Assembly: GCA_951406725.2 (NCBI GenBank)
Contig: OX597815.1
Location: 10,726,001 to 10,790,000 of the forward strand
Origin: Octopus vulgaris
Lineage: Eukaryota
DNA: 64,000 nucleotides
Direction: 5' to 3'
A program made the translations under genes and the position numbers. Positions 55,149 to 64,000 of the stretch are shown in pieces (the stretch's first letter is position 1; every line of letters starts with the position of its first letter). The notes under the pieces were generated by a model. That model was not told where the DNA came from and searched no databases. It worked only from the letters and a program-made list of their open reading frames with translations.

Positions 55149-56574
55149 GAAATTGTGGCTAAGTTTACCTCATTTAACACCCTATCGAAATTGTGGCTAA
55201 GTTTACCTCATTTAACACCCTATCGAAATTGTGGCTAAGTTTACCTCATTTAACACCCTATCGAAATTGTAGCTAAGTTTACCTCATTTAACACCCTATC
55301 GAAATTGTGGCTAAGTTTACCTCATTTAACACCCTATCGAAATTGTAGCTAAGTTTACCTCATTTAACACCCTATCGAAATTGTGGCTAAGTTTACCTCA
55401 TTTAACACCCTATCGAAATTGTGGCTAAGTTTACCTCATTTAACACCCTATCGAAATTGTGGCTAAGTTTACCTCATTTAACACCCTATCGAAATTGTGG
55501 CTAAGTTTACCTCATTTAACACCCTATCGAAATTGTGGCTAAGTTTACCTCATTTAACACCCTATCGAAATTGTGGCTAAGTTTACCTCATTTAACACCC
55601 TATCGAAATTGTGGCTAAGTTTACCTCATTTAACACCCTATCGAAATTGTAGCTAAGTTTACCTCATTTAACACCCTATCGAAATTGTGGCTAAGTTTAC
55701 CTCATTTAACACCCTATCGAAATTGTAGCTAAGTTTACCTCATTTAACACCCTATCGAAATTGTAGCTAAGTTTACCTCATTTAACACCCTATCGAAATT
55801 GTGGCTAAGTTTACCTCATTTAACACCCTATCGAAATTGTGCTAAGTTTACCTCATTTAACACCCTATCGAAATTGTGGCTAAGTTTACCTCATTTAACA
55901 ACGAAATTGTGGCCCTCATTTAACATCGAAATTGTGGCTAAGTTTACCTCATTTAACACCCTATCGAAATTGTGGCTAAGTTTACCTCATTTAACACCCT
56001 ATCGAAATTGTGGCTAAGTTTACCTCATTTAACACCCTATCGAAATTGTAGCTAAGTTTACCTCATTTAACACCCTATCGAAATTGTAGCTAAGTTTACC
56101 TCATTTAACACCCTATCGAAATTGTGGCTAAGTTTACCTCATTTAACACCCTATCGAAATTGTGGCTAAGTTTACCTCATTTAACACCCTATCGAAATTG
56201 TGGCTAAGTTTACCTCATTTAACACCCTATCGAAATTGTGGCTAAGTTTACCTCATTTAACACCCTAATTGAAATTGTGGCTAAGTTTACCTCATTTAAC
56301 ACCCTATCGAAATTGTGGCTAAGTTTACCTCATTTAACACCCTATCGAAATTGTGGCTAAGTTTACCTCATTTAACACCCTATCGAAATTGTGGCTAAGT
56401 TTACCTCATTTAACACCCTATCGAAATTGTGGCTAAGTTTACCTCATTTAACACCCTATCGAAATTGTGGCGAAGTTTACCTCATTTAACACCCTATCGA
56501 AATTGTGGCTAAGTTTACCTCATTTAACACCCTATCGAAATTGTGGCTAAGTTTACCTCATTTAACACCCTATC
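55149..56574. repeat. 38-bp minisatellite (GAAATTGTGGCTAAGTTTACCTCATTTAACACCCTATC), about 37 copies
   Basis: Head-to-tail near-perfect units with a G/A variant at unit position 9. No spacers. Confidence 0.97.
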
Positions 56575-56639
56575 ACCCTGAAAAAAATCGTCATAAATTA
56601 TATACTGAAGTCATAGGTAGATGATGGTTCCTGCTACAC

Positions 56640-56866
56640 GGCGAGCTGGCTGAAACGTTAGCACGCCGGGCGAAATGCTTAGCGGTATTTCGTCTGCGTT
56701 ACGTTGTGAGTTCAAATTCCGCTGAGGTCGACTTTGCCTTTCATTCTTTCGGGGTCGATAAATTAAGTACCAGTTACGCACTGGGGTCGATGTAATCGAC
56801 TTAATACCTATGTCTGTCCTTGTTTGTCCCTTCTGTGTTTAGCCCCTTGTGGGTAATAAAGAAATA
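56640..56866 (+). mobile_element. SINE-A monomer with 14-bp TSD
   Basis: TSD ggttcctgctacac at 56626-56639 and 56867-56880. Confidence 0.9.
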
Positions 56867-58169
56867 GGTTCCTGCTACACCTTTGATAAAAGCTCCGCTA
56901 GATAAGGTATACCACCGCGGGCTAAACAACAGCAGTATAGTTTCTGTCCTTGTTTAACTTTAATACAGCGCACAACAACCAGACCTGCTATCAAGTGCAT
57001 TCCAATCGTGACTATCCACTTGTTACCGAGGAGCACTGCAAGTTCGAGACAAACTCTGCAAGCATGAAAGTGCTGTCAGGCGGGTCTGACCGAGATGCAC
57101 GCAGGACGGTTTGGCCGTTCTGCGTGCAATTCCTGCAGTATCCGAGTATTGTTGTTTTGTGAAGTTATGTCGGCGGATAGTTGTTGTCATCGCATGTGGA
57201 ACGAATTCGACTATCGACCGAATTCATCTTAAGGATTACCCGCACGACCTATCTTTAATAAGGCAGGACAGGCGGTGTTTCCCTAACTAGTGTCTATGGT
57301 GAAAGAGCTTGTGCGGTGGATGAGACTGAAAGGATTGAGGAAAGATACCTTCCATTTCGATCAGGTACTCATCGATTGTCTAAGTCCCACTTGGAAAGGA
57401 AAATGAGAGTGGTGAGCAAAATGCTACCTCCATGTGAATTTCTGGAAAGATGGGTGACTGTGGCAAAAATGGTTTGAGTGAGGGATCCTACTCTAAGAAC
57501 GCACCTGTAGACTGGAAAACATGAGAGAGGGCGCGTGCTTTTGATGGTCAAGGTAATCTTGGAGCTGTGGAGTTACTTGATTGGTTCTTGTTGGAGTCTC
57601 TTTTGTATCAGGAGGACTACATTCATTGATAAGTAGGTCTATTGAGCAGAAAATTTGTTGTTGTGCATCTTTTACACCAAGACAAAGCATGTAAATGTTA
57701 GCACTTCCAATCAGTTAAGATCAGAAGCCATGAGAGCCACTGCCTGGTATTTATTATTTTGGTTTGTCTCAGGACCGGTCTCATTCCTTGTAGGGTTTAT
57801 GTGGGTAACTGATTACAACCTCTAACCTTAGGTATCTACAATTTTTCAGCAGTTTTTCGAGTGTTTAGAGCCTTCTTGATAATCCTTGCTGTCCTGTGGG
57901 AGCTATACCGAACATTCTATTTCAATCTCCTTCAGTCATTTGTCTACATCTTGGCTTACTTTTTCCTAAGCATCAATTATTATAGGCACGATCTTTACTG
58001 TTCACATGTTCCTATTCAAATTTTAAGGGATTGTTTTTGTTTTGTTTTTTTCTCTTTTCATTACGATCCTAGAATTAAACGGGCATAGTGGGTCGATTAG
58101 TAAGCAATTTCGTTTTTCCTTTTCTATAATTGTTATGTTTGGGGTTTTTTTTAAAGTTTCAGCTCAAAG

Positions 58170-59475
58170 CTGCGGCCATGCTGGGGCATCGCTGTTTTGC
58201 TACATTGTTATTATTGAGAACCTCCACTAATATGTGGCCTTTGATGAATAAGGGGGTTTGATGTCACTACACTCATTTTCACCTCTTGCCGTGAGGTAGG
58301 TTCATCTGGGATTCTCGACAGGAAGAGGTTCAGTTTTGATTTGAAAACACTTACATCCACTTTGTGTAGGTCCCTCAGGCTCTTTGAGAGAATATTAAAA
58401 TGCTGTGGGCCCCTGAAGTCCAAGCTGTTGCAGTAACTGGTCTTGAGGCATAATGGCATTGCTGGGATATTTGGTACTTTGCAGTGTCGAGCCGTTCTGG
58501 CCTTGATGTAGCTTTCAATACCAAACTTTGGCACAATTCCTTCCAGGATCTTCCAGATGTATATTACTATATACCTCTCCCGCCTTTGCTCCAAGGAGTT
58601 GAGTCTTGGCTGTTTCAGTTTTTCCCAGTAGCTGAGCTGTTGCAATGAGACAATCTTCTTTGTGAAGCTTTGCTAGATTGCTTCAAGGCCCACTTTTAAT
58701 TTTACACTGTTGGGTGACCATAGCTGGGAGCAATAAGCTAGGCGGCTGAGGATGGATTTCCTCCAGAGGACCATCATGGTTTCCTTCTCTCTGCTTCTGA
58801 AAGTTTTCAGGATCCATTCAGCCAGTCGTCTGCACTTTGTTGTCATCCTGGTTGTGTGCACTTGGAAAGAGGTATCACCACTCATATCAATACCCAGGTC
58901 ACTCACTGATTTAGGCTCTGGAATTGTAATCCCATGGGCTAGTGTACCCTGTAAGTTTTATATTCAGTCTTGGATGTTGGTAGTACAGGGCTTGGAATTT
59001 TGCAGCATTAAACTGCATATTATTGTCAGCGTATCTTCAAATTGAGTCCAACTTTTGCTGCAGGTGTGCAATATCGCTGGGGTTCTGTTTTTTCTGCGAG
59101 ACTTTCATAGCAAGGGTAGCTATCCGGGCAGCTGGGGGCATATCTGAGAGGGCCACTATGAAAAGCAGTAGTCCCAAGACAGTGCCATGTGGAACACCAC
59201 TCACTATTTGTGTTTTCTTTAAGGTGGCTCCATTGGCCACTACTGCCTGACTTCTATCTTTTAGAAAGTCATGTAACCACTCTCCAAGTTTTCCAGCTAT
59301 GTCTAGATCACGCAGTTTGTGGCATATCAAAAGTTTTTGCAAACTCAAGGTATATTACGTCCACATTTGATTTGTTGAGTAACTGCCTCAACACCCAGTT
59401 ATAATACTGTAAGAGCTGGGTCAGGCAGCTCCCACCTGGTCGAAAGCCATGCTGGGTATCACTCAGCAAGTTGTA
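58170..59475 (-). mobile_element. Decayed CR1-group LINE (RT and C-terminus)
   Basis: QHGFRPGGSCLTQL, VDVIYL, SGVPHGTVLGLLLF, DLGI, YCSQLWSP and LNSLEQRRER motifs. Confidence 0.85.
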
Positions 59476-59504
59476 TTCTGGTCAATTATTTTCTAACTTC
59501 TTGT

Positions 59505-59751
59505 CCGTTTGAATAGGTAAGTTACATTTCTCCGACTCCAGTACTCTTTCGATTCGATTATTGTACCATGTGTTTCCAGTTTCAGATCCCCATTCCTGGT
59601 ACAGTTTCTAGTGTAAAACTGCTTTTTAATAACCTGGTCATGCCTCCATTTCTTATATTCTTCTTGTGACAGCTTGGGGCATTCTGTCACAATGTGTGCC
59701 ACTGTCTCGTTCCAAGTTCCACTGGCTCTACATTTTTCTGACATATTCTCT

Positions 59752-59752
<1 letters not shown>
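59505..59752 (-). mobile_element. REL-LINE knuckle-region fragment
   Basis: Translation KCRASGTWNETVAHIVTECPKLSQEEYKKWRHD. Confidence 0.7.
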
Positions 59753-59842
<90 letters not shown>

Positions 59843-59885
59843 TTATCACTTATTTACCTATAACATAATCTTCTCTTCCGGACAG

Positions 59886-60067
59886 GCAATGGTCATTGAC
59901 CCAAGGGAAAAGACCTTATGTCCCTCAATCCCCAGACGACATTCATTTGGGAGATATTGTGAAATTCTCCAAATATGGCGGCAAAATATCACAAGGGATT
60001 GTGAAGTTTATTGGCCCACTATCTGGTCGCTCGGATACCTATATAGGGATTGAACTACATCAAGACG
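59886..60067 (+). CDS. Coding exon, N-terminal half of CAP-Gly domain (IHLGDIVKFSKYGGKISQGIVKFIGPLSGRSDTYIGIELHQD)
   Basis: Acceptor cttctcttccggacag|G and donor GACG|gtaact. CAP-Gly pattern G-x-V-x-F-x-G...G-I-E-L. Confidence 0.9.
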
Positions 60068-60382
60068 GTAACTACTAATTATCTCTTATTAACATCGTAA
60101 TTATCATGTTAAAGTTACATGTGACTCACCGTACCAAAGATTTTCTTTAACTTTACTTTAGATTTCGATATATGTCTTTCTTCTTTCTGTTACTTTAGGT
60201 ATCAGCTGTTCTCCTGGAGTTGCTTAAACGTGCAGCAGCTGTATTCGAAATTTGAAAAAGCCGCACTGAAAAATGTAGATTGTTATATATAATTATTTAG
60301 TTGCATACTTCTTTCAAGTGAGAGAATAAAAAAAAACTAGGAAATCTGTTGCTAATAAAATTGGCTTGTTAAATAAGCAGAC

Positions 60383-60816
60383 CGGATCTGTTCGGTTTGA
60401 ACGGCAGTTTTTTTAAAATAATTTCCACGTAACTAAACACTTTTAAACTTCGTATAGTGCTAGAATGTGTTTATAAAACATCTTTTTCTCTTGGCTTTAT
60501 TGAGAAAATTCTATAGTTTGTAAGATATTTGTTGTTTTTTTTTCTTCAATTTCTGCAATTTCAACCAATCAGTGACGGTCTATTGAGGTGAAAACATTCT
60601 GTGCCGTATGAATATGTTCCTCGTCTAAGAAACAGATCGAGTTTATTTACATTTGTGAAAGAAAAAAGATACCCTTCCCCCACCCCCCCTAACCCTAACT
60701 AACCCTAACCCTAAAACAGATTGAACTGCAATAGATCGATACTAGGGTCATAATTATGGGTGACAATTTCATATGACACCGCTAGAAGAAACTGCCGTTC
60801 AAACCGAAAAGATCCG
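60383..60816. mobile_element. MITE with ~28-bp TIRs, 6-bp TSD and internal (CCCTAA)n
   Basis: TIR CGGATCT(G/T)TTCGGTTTGAACGGCAGTTT. TSD GCAGAC at 60377-60382 and 60817-60822. Confidence 0.88.
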
Positions 60817-61395
60817 GCAGACCTTTCCAAAACATGGGGTCGGAGAAAATTTCATGTAAATAATTGGGAGCCTTAGTATTGAAACGATTAGAACAGCTTC
60901 AGCAGAGATGTTTCCGAGAATTAAGGGCAATTCTTAGGATTGTAATTATCTAAACGTCACCTATAGGAGGTTTTTCTAGCCAGTTCTTGATTTTTTTGTT
61001 TTTTACTTGCTCCCTTACTTCACAACTCCCAACGTTCATATAATGTCTTCATGTTACACATTTTTGCTATTTCAATCTCCAGACCTTCTTTTCCTATTCA
61101 ACAATAATAGAGAAGGCGGTCAGGAATTCCCAAGCTAATAAAATGATCCAAACACCATCAAATAGATCTCTGTCATGGGCACAAAGCTGCACATTTAGGA
61201 AGAGGTGTAATCGATTAAATCAGCGTTTGACAGCTACTTGATTTTTATCAATTTCAAAATGTCTGCCGTGCAGTATTTACTATACGGCATTATTTCATCT
61301 CTACTGTTGCAAGTTATTGATTCCATTTATTCCATAGTTCCCAGAATTCTCTGGGTTACTCAGTAAGTTCTCAACGATCCGATCTTTTTTTACAG

Positions 61396-61441
61396 ATGGT
61401 AAACATGATGGTGTGTTTGAAGGAAATAGATATTTCAAATG
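61396..61441 (+). CDS. 46-nt exon with the CAP-Gly signature (DGKHDGVFEGNRYFK)
   Basis: Acceptor ctttttttacag|AT and donor ATG|gtaaga. Encodes the GK(N/H)DG...RYF motif in the frame inherited from the previous exon. Confidence 0.92.
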
Positions 61442-61560
61442 GTAAGAGCACTCTTCTATTCAATTTAAGCATTTACATACAGATTACCTCTACACATACA
61501 CACATATACCATTACACACACACACACACGCACACACGCACGCATATATATATGTGTGTC

Positions 61561-61601
<41 letters not shown>

Positions 61602-62290
61602 CTATGTGTGTCTACGTGTGTGTGTGTGTGTGTATGTACTTATCTATATGTATGTGTGTATATGTATATATGTGTATATGCAGACGTGTACTTACATATG
61701 TGTATATATATATTAACAGATCGTCAATAAGCATATAATTTATCACTATAAGCACGTGTCTCGAAGTAAGCCGACAGAAATTTCTAAAAAAATTCCGTTA
61801 TTATCGTATCGGTCCCAATTTCAGAGTTAATTCATAAGAATTTTCTCCTCGTAAGCGATAAATACGGTAAGAAATAAATGAAATACTTTCTTATATCCAT
61901 GGAAGAAGCAAACACTAAGTCATGGGCACACTTAAGTACCCCCAAATAGATCCAAAATAGAAATTCTCCAGCACACCTCGAGACACGTGCGATCTGACTG
62001 AAAATTCTCATAGAGTGAGAGAGTCCGGAAGTGTATAGTATTAAATTTACATCTAATATGGGAAAAAATATTTCGAAAGAAATTCTATCCATGGCCAGCA
62101 TATTAAAAAATACATTTAAAGATTAAATTTATAAACAACTTATAAACAAGAGCAAGAAAAAAAAATTGAATTTTTTTTTCTTTGAGTCTTAGCTGTTTCA
62201 GCCTTTCCCAGTTTTTTTTTTTTCTGTATTATACATTCTTTTGTTTAGAGGTGAAGCTGATTATATTGCTGTTTATGTTTATATTTTCAG

Positions 62291-62354
62291 TAAACCCAAC
62301 AAAGGTGTATTTGTGACATACAACAAAATTGTTATGGCTTGGGTGCCGTGCTAA
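62291..62354 (+). CDS. Terminal coding exon (CKPNKGVFVTYNKIVMAWVPC*)
   Basis: Acceptor atattttcag|T completes a TGT codon. CAP-Gly C-terminal C-x-P-x-x-G-V-F-V motif. Stop TAA at 62352-62354. Confidence 0.9.
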
Positions 62355-63459
62355 CCGGGAAAACTTCTAGGATGCAGAACCTGTTTATATCATCATGCGA
62401 CCTTTGGAAGAATTACTGTGCCAAACCGGAAAATTGAAAGTATTTCCTACATCGATCTAATTGTTCTAGCTTTTAGATTCGGTCATAATCGAGCAAAAAT
62501 AGACACATGATCAGTATCGACTTATGAATAGTGTCAGGCTGTAATGAGGATGAAGCTAAGAATGATACGAACTTATGATCAGAACCTGTGTACTATAACT
62601 AGTGTGGATTTATGATTGAGTTAATCAGTGTGAAATTATCAATCGAAGTGAATAGTAGGACCAGTATTTACATACCTATGACCAATGTTGTCTTATGACG
62701 ACTGTGGATTTATGACTAGTATTAAGCCGTGTTCAGTGTGAATTTTTACTTTCTGAGTCAGTATAAATCTTGAACCTGTGTTGACTTATTACCAATACGA
62801 ATTTATGACTAGTGTTGATCAGAGAAAAAGATGATCAATATTAACGTATGACTAGGATTAATACAAACTATGATTATTATGAACCTATGACCAGTATGGG
62901 CCAGTGACTTATGACTAATATCAATCATTATGAAACTGTGATTAATGCGAAGTTACGACAAGGAACAATGTCTACTTACGACCAACTTAGACCTATGATT
63001 AATGTGCAGCTATGATACATATGAAATACAGAAGTATCCTGAATGTAGCTGTTCGTGTTGATATGTCTTAATTAACATTATTAAATTTTAAAGGTCTAAT
63101 TGAATTTATACCTAAGCAAAAGAGTTCAAATCTTCAAAGAAGGGATAGCGGATTTTGTGACTTTATACAGCATTCAGCAGAATTGAATTTAGGATGCTGG
63201 CTAAATAAAATGGCTACTATCTACGATCGAAGTATATAGTTTCATCCCCCTTGGTTATAACTTCAAATGGCTGCAGGAAGCAATATTATTTTTTCTTTCT
63301 TCGGGGATCGTTAATTTATGTACCAATAATTCACTGGTGTCCATTCAATAAATTATTCCATCTGTTTAGAAATACTGTGCATATAAGAAACCAATTTGTA
63401 GATAAGTCATATATGTGTGCGTGTAAAAATAAGCTTATGCTATGTGTATGTATGTATGT

Positions 63460-63698
63460 ATCATATCTGTCGGGCATGTGGAAGAGAGTGTAATTCGGCA
63501 GGAGGACTTAAACGACATGCAAAGGTACATGAAACCCAGTTACAACTACAGCCGGCTATTACCAGTAAAGGTTTTAGTTGCCAATTTTGTACAAGACATT
63601 GTAGATCTTTGGCTGGGCTAAAAAGTCACTTTCGATCACAGCACAAATAACAGTTAAGCTTCGTGCAATGGCCATACTCGATAACGAGGGGGCAGTCA
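63460..63698 (+). mobile_element. 3' end of an RTE-clade LINE encoding two C2H2-like fingers
   Basis: HICRACGRECNSAGGLKRHAKVH..FSCQFCTRHCRSLAGLKSHFRSQHK*. The short 3' tail is shared with 43771-43820. Confidence 0.65.
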
Positions 63699-63890
63699 TG
63701 TATGTATGTATATATATATGTATATGTATGTATGTATGTATATATGTGTATATGTATGTATGTATGTATGTATATATATATGTGTATATGTATGTATGTA
63801 TGTAGGTAGGTAGTTAGGAAGATCGGGTGGCAGGTAGATAGGTAAATAAATAGTTAAGTACGCATGTTTGTATGTAAATATATTTAATAC

Positions 63891-63963
<73 letters not shown>

Positions 63964-64000
63964 AATGGGAGACATAAGAGACAGAAAGAAAGATGGAGCA

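Noticed and set aside
55149-56574. CRISPR-like array (38-bp repeat)
   Set aside because: Units are contiguous with no unique spacers, there are no cas genes, and the context is eukaryotic.
56890-57720. Possible decayed retroelement pol fragments
   Set aside because: No unambiguous RT, RNase H or integrase motif could be recovered.
60688-60713. Chromosome end or telomere
   Set aside because: Only about 4 units, and they lie inside a MITE within an intron.
63417-63650. Host C2H2 zinc-finger gene
   Set aside because: Begins inside a TG/TA microsatellite and is followed by a tail shared with a dispersed repeat; fits an RTE LINE C-terminus better.

Overview
AT-rich, microsatellite- and transposon-dense animal genomic DNA. 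The repeat families look cephalopod/octopus-like, which is an inference. Almost all listed ORFs are microsatellite or SINE artefacts. One host gene can be rebuilt on the + strand from 8 phase-consistent GT-AG exons between 16419 and 62354. It encodes about 528 aa, lacks its 5' end here, has a long Ser/Thr/Asn-rich low-complexity region and ends in a CAP-Gly domain (GKHDG). Its introns and the upstream region hold three tRNA-headed SINE families, restriction-like-endonuclease LINEs (R4/Dong type) inside (AAT)n arrays, and Tx1-, RTE- and CR1-like LINE remnants. They also hold five non-autonomous Helitrons, mariner relics, a MITE with a 6-bp TSD and telomeric repeats, and a 38-bp minisatellite. 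Three signals stand out. (1) A 404-nt-period direct-repeat element carries two canonical minimal hammerhead ribozymes (retrozyme or Penelope-like). (2) Several palindromic elements carry hammerhead-like motifs with non-canonical cores. (3) A SINE shares its 3' tail with a Tx1-like LINE, prefers GGT(A) target sites that it also contains, and so appears to insert into itself. Repeat boundaries were read by eye and are approximate unless a TSD or terminus is given.
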